From: Octopus bimaculoides
Lineage: Eukaryota
Assembly: GCF_001194135.2 (NCBI RefSeq)
Contig: NC_068985.1
Location: 40,049,766-40,113,765 of the forward strand
Direction: 5' to 3'
Length of the DNA: 64,000 bases
Numbering within the stretch: position 1 is the first letter of the stretch; each line of letters opens with the position of its first letter. The translations under genes were made by a program, and so were the position numbers. Below, piece by piece: positions 13,568 to 27,596 of this stretch. Below the pieces are notes generated by a model, which saw nothing but the letters and a program-made list of their open reading frames with translations, was not told where the DNA came from and ran no database searches.

Positions 13568-13780
13568 TGAGGGGTAGGGGTGGGACTGAAAAGCTTTCTG
13601 ACTTTAAGGGTATCGCAAAAGGCCTAGTTGGAGGCCCAACCTTTTGAGTTTTTTTACAGGGCTTGGAAAAACTGAAGGACTGATGCAATAAGTGTGTGAA
13701 TATGTTGAATAAAATCATAATTAACTGATCCTCCTGTATTTTCTTTTATCCAAAGCCAGGAACTTTTCAGCACCCACTCA
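13568..13780. mobile_element. Mariner-derived MITE (~213 bp)
   Basis: TA flanks. Degenerate TIRs tgagggg...ctgaaaagctttctgacttt / aaagccaggaacttttcagcacccactca. Retains the gaatatgttgaataa (EYVE*) end typical of mariner transposases. Confidence 0.65.
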
Positions 13781-14238
13781 TATAAAAAATATATAGGCAT
13801 ATATGCACACATAAATAGTGAAAAAACAGAGAGAAAGTGAGTAAACACTAGAGTTCAAAGAAACTAGTCTTGGTCTGTGTCATAAACCAAGATAAGATTG
13901 TATAATGTGAAGAGAGGTGAGGTTTAAAAAAAAACCCATCCCTCCCTGAAATGTCAATAATCACCCCCACCTCATGATGATAATAATAATAATAAATTGT
14001 TGTTGTCATCGTCATCATCATCATCACTGTTTTATGTCCCCTTTCCATGCTAGAAAGAGTTGGATGGGTCATCATGGTCAGAGTTAGCTTAAATTTAGGG
14101 GTACTACTCACTTAGACAGATTAGGGGAACCCTATCTTGAACTTCATCTTATTCACATTACATAAAAAGAGTCAATTCAAAGAATGCAAAGTGTGAAATT
14201 CAAGCAGTGACCAAAATTCCAGTTTAAGTAAATATATT

Positions 14239-14471
14239 TATTTCTTTATTGCCCACAGGGGGCTAAACACAGAGGGGACAAACAAAGACAAAGGGATTAA
14301 GTCAATTACATCGACCCCAGTGCGTAACTGGTACTTATTTAATCGACCCCCAAAAGGATGAAAGGCAAAGTCGACCTCGGTGGAATTTGAACTCAGAACG
14401 TAACGGCAGATGAAATACCACTAAGTATTTCGCCCGACATGCTAACTATTCTGCCAGTTCACTGCCCTTTA
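14239..14471 (-). mobile_element. SINE family B copy with 18-bp TSD
   Basis: agtttaagtaaatatatt occurs at 14221-14238 and 14472-14489, flanking the element. Confidence 0.88.
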
Positions 14472-14960
14472 AGTTTAAGTAAATATATTAAATAACTGAA
14501 CACCATGTATTGAGGGCTACCTTCATTGTGTATGTATGTCAGTGGGAAGGTTTATATTATCAGTTTCAGTCACTGGACTGCAGCCATAATAAGGTTCTGC
14601 TGTCAAGGGTTCAGACAGTCATACTGATCTTGACATTTATCTAGGTTTTTATGTTAAAGCTCTCTTTTTTTGAACCACTGGTACAAGACATAAAGAGACA
14701 CAATGTAATCACAAATGAGTTTAGATATGTAAATATAAACATGGGCATTAACATGGACAGTTGCACGCACATACACACACAGCTATGTAATTGTGTGTGT
14801 GTGCATGTGTGTGTGTGTGTGCACGCGCGCATGCATGTGTGTGTATGTGCATGCATGCATGTGTGTGTGCATGCTGAAATTATATCCCTCTAGGATATTA
14901 AAAAGGAAAGAAAATGAATTAAAGCAAAAAAGAGAAAAGAAAAAGTAGCAATTTACTTAC

Positions 14961-15046
14961 GTAAATACATCACAATGCTTTCTGGCTTCTATATCTGCTT
15001 CTTCAAGAATCTTTTTCCTACGCCTTTCTTCGTCATAAAGTTGTTC
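14961..15046 (-). CDS. SORBS1: Internal exon EQLYDEERRRKKILEEADIEARKHCDVF(T) of a SORBS/CAP-like adaptor, in the region preceding the SH3 domains
   Basis: Acceptor ttcccttatcag|GAA and donor TAC|GTAAGT. 86 nt, phase 0 to phase 2. EEADIEARKH resembles the EEADIAARRH motif I recall from vertebrate SORBS1. SoHo and SH3 exons were not found in the window. Confidence 0.8.
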
Positions 15047-17879
15047 CTGATAAGGGAAATATACTTTCTCAATCATGGTTTTTGGGTTGTTTTTTTTTTT
15101 TTTTTAAGAGAGAGTTTGTTGGATTTTTTAAAATCTAAATTTTAATATTTAAATGTTTTTATTTATTTATTCTAAAAAAACATTCTAGAAATTGATTTAA
15201 TTTCAAATTAAAATTTTCTATTTTACTAAACAGGGAAACATTAAAAAATAATATATCAGTGAATTCCTCAAAGTAGATTTTGCAGCAGGCAGTGTTTAAT
15301 TAATCCCAGTTTTTGGCAGCTAGTTCAAAAGTTTATATATTAACTAAGAACTTTAGTACATGGATCAGACAACTATGATGAACAACATTAATATCATTAA
15401 ACCCCACTACTGATGGTTTTTAGAAATGAAATCACTGCAATACTTAAAAAAAAAAAAATAGTCTCGAAAATTATTATCTTTCAGTCCATGTAGTATGTCA
15501 GTATGGCTCTAGCACTGGTGCTACTACTTTCAAGTATCTCTTCCAACTGATGCTGTTTGTTGAGCAAATTATCAAGTTTGGAAGACAAGAACGAGGCCAA
15601 TATATGTTAATATATGTTAAATGTATTCCTATGTTCTAACAAATTATCATACAAGCTGTATCTGTGAATAAAAGACAAATTTACCTATCATTTCAATGGA
15701 CATGTACTCAGGAAGTTGACAAACAAAACTAGAACAAAATCAGCAATCACAATTGTGACTGCAATATACACTCTATATTTATATGTCATAGTTTTTCCTC
15801 CTTGAAGGAAAAAAACAAAAACAAGCATGAAAAATCTCCAGCAATTTATCTACCAAACATTGTTCTGGGTTTGAAATCTGTAGTATGCACACATGTGCAC
15901 ATATATACACATTAGCAAATAACTGAGTATGTGAAGTGGGTTGATCATGTCACTATACAGCCAATTTGGATATTAGTATTGTAAATAAATATATGCCGAT
16001 GACATCTCACAGAAAAACAACTTCCACATATATTAAACATGTGCGGTTCTTTATCGGCCAGCCATAATCTTAATACGCATTTGATGCTGTATATGTTCTC
16101 AGTCAATTAAGAATGGTGATTTAAAAAAAGCATTTGTTAATCTGCTCATTTCAGATATAGATCATAGAAATATGCTGTCATGTTGTCTATCCATGATTTG
16201 GGGACTTTACTGAAAGGCAACCTACAATTTGTGAATGAGTCAAAAGGCTTTAGCCAAAATATTGTAAACATAAAGGGAGAGCAACTTATCTACTGCTGTG
16301 ACTTACGTACAAATGTTATCACCATCATCGTTTAATGTGCACTTTTACAGACTTGCATGAATTAGATAGAATTTGAGTCAAATTTTCCTATTACCAGCCC
16401 TCACCTGCTTCCAAGCAAGGTAATATTTCCTCATAGTCAGATATGTTTTTCAGAGAAGACTGAAAATAAACAACATCACTCATATGACAATGGCGTTCAT
16501 ATACAGCCATCATGTGATGTCAAAACAAAGGTACACACAAACATACAGATACACACACACACTCTCTCTATCTCACATGTGCACACTTTCAGCAGGCTTA
16601 TTTCAGTTTCTGTCTACCAGATCAACTCACAAGGCTTTGGTCAGTCCAAGGCTATAGCAGAAGTCCCTTGTCTGAGATGTTACACAGTGGGACTGAACCA
16701 AAGTTCACATGGTTGGGGATTAAGTATCTTCATTATTCAGTCACATCTGTGCCTATATAAAGGAGATGCACTGATATTATTATTGATATGCATTATGGAT
16801 TTTTACAAGGATAGAAAAAACATTTATAAAAGTGTCTGTTTTTTTTTCCAAGATCTAAGATTGTGTATATGATATCAAACACCATTTAGTGAATTTTAAA
16901 TGTATAAAATGTTACCAGATATAATTTTGTGTGTTTGTACATTTATATACACAATACCCCCAACAACTTTATTGCAAGTCTTAATCACTCGTTACTGATT
17001 TAACTTATACCCCACCCAAAATATTGCCACACCTCACATTGAGAGAGACAGGTGTAGATGGTTACGTGACAAGGATATTAAACAACTGACATTGGATAAT
17101 GTCCATGGCCAAAACATTTAACAATCAGATGACCCAGTGCACTTAGCTAAAAAGTAGGTGATGCAGGATAGGAATATTTTGTTGCTCTAACCAACAGTGG
17201 GGATGGGACTAAAACTGCTTGGGGTTTTGTCAACCTAAAGTACTGAATTCAATTCCTTCTGTGGGAAAAGTTCTGCCAATCTGACTTACTAAGGAGAGAA
17301 ACCGGTATGTGGTTAAGCAGGCCACTTCACAACTATGAGGTTTGGGGTTCAACTACCTTTAGTGACATATGTATGGAGAGAATTAGCAGCTTTACTTGTT
17401 GTGGATGCAGTACAAGGAAATCTACAAGTAAATCTAAGCAGCTACTCATTGTTGAATGACAATAATATTTGCATCTAAAAGGATCAAGGCTACAAAATTT
17501 GGGAAAAGCATGTAGTTGATTCAACTAATTGAAGCATTTGACTTGTAGTTACTTTATTGATCTTGAAGAATGAAAAGCAATGTTGATTGTGGTGATATTT
17601 GAACTCAGTATAGAAGAGAGGTAGTAAATACCACCAGGCATTTTGTATAATGTTCTACTACTGTTCCTGCAAATTTACCACTTTAACAAGAAAACATCTA
17701 CAGAGCCATTCAGCTGCAAATCTCAACAAAGAGAAAACGAGCTAGTATGAAAGCCAAAGAAGATTGTAAAGCTTTGGACTAGAAATGGAATGTTTGTTTT
17801 TAGTTGCATGAGTTCAATCTAACCATGTAAGGAGAAAGAAAGAAAAAAAAAGGGAGAGAAAAAGAAAGAAAGAAGAGCT

Positions 17880-18050
17880 AACATCAACTGCAGACTGTGC
17901 AATAAGCACAAAGAAACAATTGGCCATATAATTTCTGGCTGCCTGGTTCTTGTAGAGACAATGAATTCACAGACAAGTAAGCAGCTATGTCCATCAGGCA
18001 ATGTGCCAACAATTCAACATGAAAAGTAGTAGGGAAAACATTCATCGAAT
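17880..18050 (+). mobile_element. Short decayed R4/Dong-like (restriction-like endonuclease) LINE fragment, zinc-knuckle region
   Basis: Encodes INCRLCNKHKETIGHIISGCLVL...QVSSYVHQAMCQQFN, paralleling the 50755 fragment. Confidence 0.65.
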
Positions 18051-18418
18051 CTGATAATGTAGGACATTTCTGTCCAGTCTGATAAAAAGATGAAAATGAA
18101 CTTTGCTTCCCTAAATCATTATCAGACAGAAATGGGAAAATACGTACTCTGCAAAGCACCTCAATTCCACCTGGCATGGATAATGCACAAAATGGTGTGT
18201 GTGTGCATATGTGTGTATATCTATATATATATATATAACGTGAGAGAGTTCTTTTCTTCCTTTTTTTTGGCACTTTTGCTATGAATTAAATTAATGAATT
18301 CAACGGGATACACCGTCTGCAAGTAGTTGGGTTCAGCATATTATCCTCTATTTTCTAATTGTTACACAAATTTTGGGTAAAACCTCCACTTTTACCCGCT
18401 CCCATTGACTGCACCTAT

Positions 18419-18500
18419 NNNNNNNNNNNNNNNNNNNNNNNNNNNNNNNNNNNNNNNNNNNNNNNNNNNNNNNNNNNNNNNNNNNNNNNNNNNNNNNNNN
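18419..18500. other. Assembly gap (others at 34616-34826, 38021-38096, 43623-43632, 54866-54875)
   Basis: Runs of N. Confidence 1.
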
Positions 18501-19378
18501 ATAAGAGTGAGCTGGAAAGTTCATAAGCTGATGATGAAAGAGTGATGCTAAAGCTGTGAAATTTTGCATGTATTCATTTCAACTCTTCTTATTAATAACT
18601 GTACTGTTTCATTTCAGGTAAACTGACATCTGACTGTTCAAAGAAGATTTCAAAAGTAACCAGTAGGGACTTCTCTTGAAAATGGGAAAAAATTTGGCAT
18701 TGTGGTGTTACCAAGCACCCACAGAAAAACAGTTTAACCCCCAAGGACATTCATGCTGACATGCTTGCTACATTAGGGGATGACATTCCAGCTTTATCAA
18801 CAGTGCAAAAATGGGCAGTTGAATTTAGGAGGGGAAGAGAGAGGCTTAAAGATGACCCAAAGTCTGAATGTCCTGCATCTGCCACCACCAAGGAAAACAT
18901 TGATTGTGTTCACCATATAGTGATGGATGACAGGTAGTTGACTATAAATCAGATAGCCAATGCTATAAACATATGCCGTGAGCAAGTTGAGAATATTCTG
19001 CACAATGAACTTGGCATGATGAAGGTTTCTGCTTGGTGGGTGCTATGTCTTCTGACACCTGACCAAAAGCATACCAGGCAGATCATATCACAAGAAAATC
19101 TAACACTGTTTGAGGCAGATCCAGCTGGTTTCTTTGAATATTTCTTAACTCAGGATGAGTGTTGGCTCCATCAGTTTGATCTAGAGGCAAATAGACTGTG
19201 GTTTTGAACTGGTTGATTACCCACCTTATTCTCCCGATTTGGCCCCAACTGACTATCTTCTGTTCCCCCAACATGAAAAAACACATGGCTGGGAAACAGT
19301 ATCACAGTGATGAGGACATCATATCTGCTATTGAGGATTTCTTTGACTAACAGGATGAAAGCGTCTTCATCAAACACT
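18501..19378 (+). mobile_element. Decayed, internally deleted mariner transposon
   Basis: From ~18682, across frameshifts and stops: LTPKDIHADMLATLGDD...STVQKWAVEFRRGRE (HTH), VSAWWVLCLLT (WVP motif variant), LTQDECW (first catalytic D), YPPYSPDLAPTDY (YSPDLAP motif). TIR-like sequence at 18501 next to a gap. Confidence 0.9.
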
Positions 19379-19387
19379 GTGTGTGTA

Positions 19388-19442
<55 letters not shown>

Positions 19443-19854
19443 CTGAACAATCATCTATCATATTTTACTCAATATGGATTTGTTTGAGTAAAATCTGGCA
19501 GATTTTACTCAAACACTTCCATCTAAGCTGATACTATGTAAACTTTCATAAGGAATAAATGAAACACTAAAATAATTAATGAAACAACAAACCCACAAAA
19601 CATTAATTTTGATTTAATACAGAAACATCTCTCAATTTCCTCTGAAGCACAATGTTGAACTCATCCTTTGGACACAGAATCCGGTGGTGTAATGAAAACT
19701 TACATGAAACACTTGAAAACACATAATAAAACTATTGTTATCTAGTTTCATATCATTTAAACATAGAGCATTATTTAGGATAATGCTGAAATTCACATTA
19801 TAATCTTCAATATACCCATCATAAGCTATTGTTTAGTTGCTACATACAATAATT

Positions 19855-20065
19855 TTTGATTTAGGCACAAGCCAGTATTTCTGAAGGGCAGGAGTTAATC
19901 AATACCATTGACCCCAGCATTTGACTGGTACTTAATTTTATTGATCTTAGAGAGATGAAAAGCAAATTTGACCTTGGTGGGATTTATGTAAAGAATGTAG
20001 AGCTGCAAAAAAAAATATCACAAAGTATTTTGTCTGATGCTCTACTGATGCTGCCATTCCACCAG
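19855..20065 (-). mobile_element. SINE family B, degraded
   Basis: Reverse complement similar to family B (ggcacaagcc...gatgaaaagcaaatttgacc). Confidence 0.6.
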
Positions 20066-20094
20066 CCCGATGGTTGCATATAACATTTGATGAT

Positions 20095-20400
20095 GTGTGG
20101 TCTAGTGGTTAGAATGTTGGGCTCAAGATCATTAGGCTATGGGTTCAATTCCCTAGAATGAAAGACATATTGTGTCTTTGAGTAAGATACTTCATTTGCC
20201 ATTTCTCTAGATGAAAATCAGCACCAGCCTTGTGTTGATGCAACCATCTGCCCCCACCATCCCCAGCTGTCATACCCTTAATGTTCTGCTGGATCAATAG
20301 ATGAGAGGGCTACATGGGTATCTATGTCTGCATGCAACTACATAAGCACCTAAAACAAATAGCTTGGCATATACTAGCAAGTCATACTTGCTTGCAAATA
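20095..20400 (+). mobile_element. tRNA-derived SINE family C, degraded; related heads at ~39405 and ~40905
   Basis: A box tggtctagtggtta, B box gggttcaattcc, then gtgtctttgagtaagatactt. Confidence 0.55.
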
Positions 20401-21083
20401 AGAGCTTTGGTATCATACAACATATTACATATAATATATATAATATAAATATATAATAGTGGTACATTTTCTAAGTAAATCTACAAATGAAATTGTTAAA
20501 ATGTACAGGAAAAATGTGTTAATTAGGTTGTTTATGGGTAAAATAAATGAGGTGCTATGAATGAATGTTAATTCGCATTATTTGAAAGATAATCACAAAG
20601 CTAATTATATGTAATAACAGCTAATGATTCAGCTCACAAAATGGACAATGGATGTTAAAGATGATGATGATGTATGTTTTTAGTCAGATGATGGATATCC
20701 ACCTGGAAAGTTTTCATCCAAGGTGCAGGTTTTATTTTTGTAATGAAAGATCAGCAGTTGCCTGTGCATGCAAATCTTCCCTCCCAAGGCTAATGATGAT
20801 GCCCAAAGGAAAGGCAAAGACCATATAACTTGGCACCACAACTGTCATTGCAGGTACTGCTGCCAGAATGCAAAGAGTCACAAAAGATACATAAATACAC
20901 ACACACATGAATTTAATGAGTTACTTTCTAAATAACAGTTCCATAATTCTCTTTTCGGGAGACAGAAGGGTGAATGAAAGAATGAGAAGGATAGACAGTC
21001 ATACAAGGATAGACTGAAGTTGCAATCATACAAAGGTTGTATATGCAATTTGTAAAAAATTACATATGTATTACAATGAAGAC

Positions 21084-21192
21084 ATTATTATTATTATTAT
21101 TATTATTATTCAAGTCACTGCCTAGAATTGAACTTGGAATCTTGGGGTTAGTAGCCTGCACTCTTAACCACTACGCCATATGCCTGTGGGCA
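21084..21192 (-). mobile_element. tRNA-like head plus (AAT)n of the same family as the hammerhead element at 54667-55143
   Basis: The minus strand reads tggcgtagtggttaag (A box)...ctactaaccccaagattccaagttcaattc (B box) taggcagtgacttg(aat)n, matching 54876-55000. Confidence 0.8.
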
Positions 21193-23387
21193 AATATATT
21201 CTAAAATCCACTTATAAGCCATACTAACCAAAGATTCATTAAAAGTTAATTATAAATGCACTTAAATTGGTTTAAAATCAACATTTCTGATTGTCTGAAT
21301 TTGCTTTGTTTAGTTAAGATACTGTAAGCATTTAATGCAGTGAGCATCAAAAGAGCTAACTAGAAAAAATATGTAGTAAAAAAAGACAATATTTATGAAT
21401 AACTAATATTATTTTAATCATTTTGCATAGTCCAGGGACAACTCTGGACATGTTTTGACCTTATTATGACTTCATCAGCAAAGCATAGACTTTAATGTAC
21501 ATGGTGAAGAAGTAATGAGAGAAATCACTAAGTAAATATTAAGGAATGTACACTGGTTGGCATTGAAAAACAGAAATGGTCAGATTATGTATTATTCTAC
21601 ATAACAAAATTAAGATACAAATGATATATTTAATGCAAGGAATATCCAAAAGTTAATTGGTAATTCAATGTTACGCAAATAATATATAACTTTTAAAATT
21701 TGTGTGTTCACTGAAATATATTTATAATAAAACAGAAAAAAAAACCCCATTTACTTTTTATATTGAAACCTTTGATGAATAATATATATTTGTTTCAGAA
21801 TGCTTATTTTCATAGTAGCATATATCTGCATTATAGATAGATAAGAAGCACCCTTGACTTGTAAACTGACACCTAATTATTACAAGTAGATAGAACCAGG
21901 TCAGCTCTGATCAAGGACCCCAACCCACATCCCTTCTTTTCCTAGGCACAGTGTACCTAAGACTATATTAGTTAATGCAATCTTCTATTCTACGATAGTA
22001 GAGTGTAATTGGAGGGAAATTTGGCTACTATTTCAAGTAAGTCAAAAGACTGCATAGTAGCTTCCACAACTTATGAAAACTTTTGTGACATGATAGGTAA
22101 CTTTAACCCATAGACAGATAAAGAGTTACACCATTATCTATAAAGAGATTTTTGTGTAGCCAATTACAAGATTAAGAAACTCAAGTATTTGACATATTAA
22201 AGACATTGCTCATTGCATTGATAAGATATTTGTTCATGCAAAAGCTTGTAGTTAGCCAAACTAAATTTAGTGCAGTAAGGCAAGTGGGTGGTGGTGCTAA
22301 AACAACAAATGCATCCATTTTTCAAAAAACATTATCAAGGAAATAATTAAATTATACGGTTACTTGAACCTGATCAATGAAGTAAACAAATCTCACTTAA
22401 CATAATCTCTACTAGTCTTTAAAATGGAAATTTCTACTTGTCTTATGCCATAAAGTTAAGAACATGATATTTTTAAATCATTGACTTTCAATGTTTTGTG
22501 GTTTGGTGCCCACTTTCACCAAATGGTGTTTTACAAATGCTCTTTTGCAAACTCCTGAGGTATTAAGAAAAAAAAAAAAAAGGAAAAAAATCTCTGAAAA
22601 ATGCAATCGATTATTTTAATCAAACTAGCTAATTTTGCACAGTGGTTTATTATCCATTTTTCTTCTCCAGTCACATCTTTGCATGTGCCTCTTTTTAGAT
22701 GTTTGCATTAACAAGTGCCACTAAGTTAAATTTTAAAGGAAATTACTAAAAAAGATGGAAACTTATATATAATGAAATTACATTGAACTTTGGCGTATCA
22801 TCAGTTATATTTCTGCTCACTGATAACAGAATGTCCTATTCATATTCTTGATTTAAAAAAAAAAAAATTTTAATCTGTTTAAAACACAAATATTGAACCT
22901 GGTTTAAATATTTTATTTCTAAGAAAAATCACAACCACCTTTTAACAACCAGCACCTTCCATAGACATCCTATTGACATTCATTGGCCTTTTGTGAACTT
23001 AAGACACCCCCAAGGGGTAACTATTCCCTGATCCATCAGATGTTTTAAGGGTTAATAACTAGCCTGGCTAGTCATATCATTGGTAACATGATATGATGGT
23101 AACTATTTCTAAGTTGGAGGGAAATCCCGATATTTTATTCATTCTGTCTTTTTACCTCTACACTGTTGTGTATGTACACACACATACGCAGACAGCTTTT
23201 AACTGCCCCATGTTGTAGCACACATTGCTCATTTCATGCTTGCCACGTGTGGTTTCTTTAGAATACTAAATGAAAAAACATTACTTGCTCCTAAATGAAA
23301 CTTCTATTTCTTGGAGGAAAGGAACAGTATGAATAACTCTACCTCATCTCAATCGCAACACGCTCACAGTAGCATGTAGACAATTGT

Positions 23388-23421
<34 letters not shown>

Positions 23422-23426
23422 GGGAG

Positions 23427-23489
<63 letters not shown>

Positions 23490-23494
23490 GGGAG

Positions 23495-23565
<71 letters not shown>
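23388..23565. repeat. (GA)n purine tract; similar tracts at 27312-27415, 19404-19438 and 1620-1650
   Basis: Directly visible. Confidence 0.95.
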
Positions 23566-23567
<2 letters not shown>

Positions 23568-25474
23568 TCAACCCAAATACTTGTTCAGTAATGCATTTAG
23601 TAACCTCAGAAGGGTGATTTCAGTGAGATATAAACTCAGAATGCAGAGATGGAAAATTTACTCTAAGACATTAGTAAGAAGCCCTAATGATTTAACTAAT
23701 CAACTGTATATAGAGGGAGAAAACTGAACAGAAAACAGGGCAGCATTAATGTTTTGGTTCCTGTGTTTTAAGGTCAAAGAGAATTAGATAAAATTGTAGA
23801 GATTGTTCACTAAAGGATGTAGTTGTTAGATAATTTGTGATTAAATAGAGACAAAAGAACATAAATTAAAGTTCAAGAAATAATATTTGACATTTAATTG
23901 AAATACATCTATCCAATAAGTTACATGGTATTATTGTAACTGTACATGGTTGTTTGATTAAGAAGTTCACTGCACAACAATGTAGTTCCAGGTTTGGTCT
24001 GACAGCATGGCACCTCGGGCAAGTGTTTTGTACAGTAGCATTGGGTTCCAAATTCTACTTAAAATACATTGTGAGTAGAATTTGATAGACAGAAACTGTA
24101 TAAAAGCCTGGTGTATGAGTAATGAATCATCCTTACTAGGGATCACTATTTGATACAAGAAAAAAAATACAATAGCTACTAAGTAGAGAAAAATACAACT
24201 GCTCCAACAAGAAAGATTCATAAGTCAATGAGAAAATGACAGGGTCCTAACAAATAAGTAAAAGAATCTCTACATGTTCACTTAAACTTGCAAGAAATAG
24301 CAGCCAAATCTTGCTTAAATCACATCTTTTCATTACTACTGACTCTTCTAATATTACCACCACCAGTAAAAACACAAAAAGACATGAGCAAACAAGGATG
24401 CTTCTACTTAGTTACTCAATCTGCATGAAACAACAACTGCATCACCCTGAAATTACACCCCAGCTATTTAAAATGAAGGAACATATTGGATAATGAAGTC
24501 ATATATGCACTATGTTTAGAAAAAAATTAATGTGGTCACAACTAGAATACCTTTGAAGGTATTGCTTGATAGGAGATAAAACAAGAGGCTTCAAAAATAA
24601 ATTGATACAGATGACATGTAAGACCCCACTGTCTAACTTTATGATGTATGCACAGCCACATTTAACATATTAACTCTTTGTCTCTCACCATCTATCCTGC
24701 AACAGAAGCCAACTGTTTCTGAATTATTTACTTCTTACATTTTAAAACTAACTTGATAATGAAGACCCAACATCCATCAGATTTTCTCATGATAACTAAA
24801 CATCTTCCCTCCTATTTAGTATCTTTAGGCAGCGCTAGACTACCACTGTAAAGACCTCATAACAGAAGCAATGTGGTGTACCCATCAAAAGCCATGTAAA
24901 AAAGGGGAACAAATGAACCTAGAGTAACCTAAGGTCAGTGGTATGATAAAATGTAATCAGTTCACTGTAAAGTAGTTGATGACAGGATGGGCTTGCATCT
25001 GCAAAATCCATACACACACAAAAAAAAAGGAAGGAATGAACAGAAACAATGCAAGAGAGAGGACTTTTTAGTTTTGTTGCAGAAAACCTCTCTAGTGCCA
25101 ATGACACAATAAAATACAATCAATTCATATTGTGAATTGGTTGGTGTGCAATAGGGTGGACATCCAACAGTAAAAACCTTGTCCTCAAAAGGAAACTATG
25201 AGCTCCATGGGCCCCATGAACAAAGGAGAGTACTCTATAGTGCTGGTGACATGATAAAATGCACTCAGATTATACTATATGGTGGTTGGTAATAGGAGAG
25301 GCATCTAGCTACATAAAATACGACAAACAGCAAAGATAGCTGGGTTTTCACTGTTGTTGTATGTGCCTGGTGAAGAAGGATGCAAAGAGTTAGGAGAAAC
25401 TGTGGAGACCTGTCTATCCAACTCATTCCAACCTGGAAAAACAAATATAAAATGATGATGGTATATATACTTAC

Positions 25475-25575
25475 CAATCTCTTTTTTCTGTATTCTTCAT
25501 CTTCTTCTTTCCGTCTCCTCTCTTTCTCGGCTGTTGTTGGACTCGGCTTGATGTCCGATGTTTGATGTTTATAAG
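25475..25575 (-). CDS. SORBS1: Internal exon (A)YKHQTSDIKPSPTTAEKERRRKEEDEEYRKKRL of a SORBS/CAP-like adaptor
   Basis: Acceptor caatttctacag|CT and donor TTG|GTAAGT. 101 nt, phase 1 to phase 0. Charged coiled-coil-like peptide that joins exon 14961-15046 in frame. The symbol denotes the single invertebrate SORBS1/2/3 (CAP) homologue. Confidence 0.8.
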
Positions 25576-25634
25576 CTGTAGAAATTGTACAAGAGGAAAT
25601 ATTTTTCAAACGAACATTAATATCATTAACAAAT

Positions 25635-25673
<39 letters not shown>

Positions 25674-25787
25674 AACATATATATATACACATATAAACAC
25701 ACTAAAACATCTATACCATACATATGTTTTAGCACATATTATTCTCCCCCCACTCTCTGTATGTATGTATGCATGCATGTGTGTGTG

Positions 25788-25819
<32 letters not shown>

Positions 25820-26359
25820 AACACACACAAGATATATAATGTCAGTTATAAATTAACCAGACAAATCTTGTGTCTCATTCCAAGGATGGAACATTGTGAG
25901 TGAAAGGTATAAATTCCTTTGACCAAAAGAAAGAGTATGTATTGTTGAGTGAAGCAGAATGGATCAACTAGTAAAATGCATTGCAAAAACAGCTCTCTGG
26001 GAGCTTCTCACCACATCCAAGTACAGCTATGAATGAATAAAGTGGGCTTCATAAGTTATAATTTTGACTTTACCCTGATATTTTTCTTTGCCTGGAAAGT
26101 TAATCTGTTCTTTCTTTTGACTGAAGTGAAGGGAGATTATATACTAGTATGTGTGTGCTAATAAATATTATAGATATTAAGAGGGAATGAAGAAAAAAGA
26201 TTTGCTTAAACATATTATCTCAACACAATAGTACCACACTTACATATTGCAGAATATTATGAACCTCCATCTCAAGAGAGACATATCAACAAGCATATTA
26301 TTATTATCATTATTACTATAATATATTTAATCTAAATTAAAACAATTTACATAAAGTAA

Positions 26360-26529
26360 CAAACTTAATGTTTGGGAATAATTGATTAAATTGATCCAGT
26401 ATATTATAACTGGAACTTTTGTTATCTTAATAAGGATGAAAGGCAAACTTAATGTTTGGGAATAATTGATTAAATTGATCCAGTATATTATAACTGGTAC
26501 TTTTGTTATCTTAATAAGGATGAAAGGCA
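26360..26529. repeat. 84-bp tandem duplication inside a degraded SINE B copy
   Basis: Units start at 26360 and 26444, with 1 mismatch. Confidence 0.9.
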
Positions 26530-27326
26530 AAACAGATTTCAGCAAGATTTGAACTCAGAAAGTAATCTTAACAAAGTACTACAAAATATTTTGGCTAGAA
26601 CTATACTTGTTCTGCCACTCACCACCATATTAATAATAAGGATTTTTGATATAGACATGCAGCCTACTGAATTTCAGAATTAGCCCAAGGTGCTGTCACA
26701 TTGTACAAGGAAATATGCATGAGCAGGCATGAAAGCTGGGATTTGTAAAAGAGAAGAATATGAAAGTTTTGATGTTGATGCACATCTCAAGGACATTAAA
26801 AATACAGATCAATAAAAAGGAGGATTTCACCAGGAATGAAACTGAGTTGCTGACTTAGAAGGGTATCATCATTCTATCCTACTATAGGGCACCTACAACA
26901 ATAAGATGAGCATAGAGCTGTAAAATCTTTTTCTAAATCTTAAGAACCATGCAACCCATGAAAGTATAGGAGACAGAATGAGAAGAAATAGAGATATATG
27001 TTTAAAAAGAGATATTACACATTCAATATTAAGCATCATGCATAGCTTATAGATTTTAATACAAAAGTATTTTTAGTCTTATTCAAATGATCACTTGGCT
27101 TATTGAAATGTGGTTCAGGAGACCTGAAGAAATGATATAAGCTTGTAGCATAGCACCAACTTCATGATGTCAAGTAAATGAACAGTAAAAATCATTCCTT
27201 GGATAGAGCACCTGTCATTTGGCAATAATAAATCTAGTACTTATTTCTCAGAGTATAATCAAGGTGACCTAAATTGTGCACATTACATTGCATTACACAC
27301 ACATACACATACAGAGAGAGGGGGAG

Positions 27327-27417
<91 letters not shown>

Positions 27418-27596
27418 CATGTCTATTGGTGTGTAAGGCTATAGTTGTTTTGAACTTAAGACTCTAAGATCCAGTACTCTAGTACATTGTTGAATCATTG
27501 AATCAGTCAACATGTGTGTGTGTGGATATACATATATATATCATCATCATCATATATATATATATATATATATACATACACACACACACACACAAG

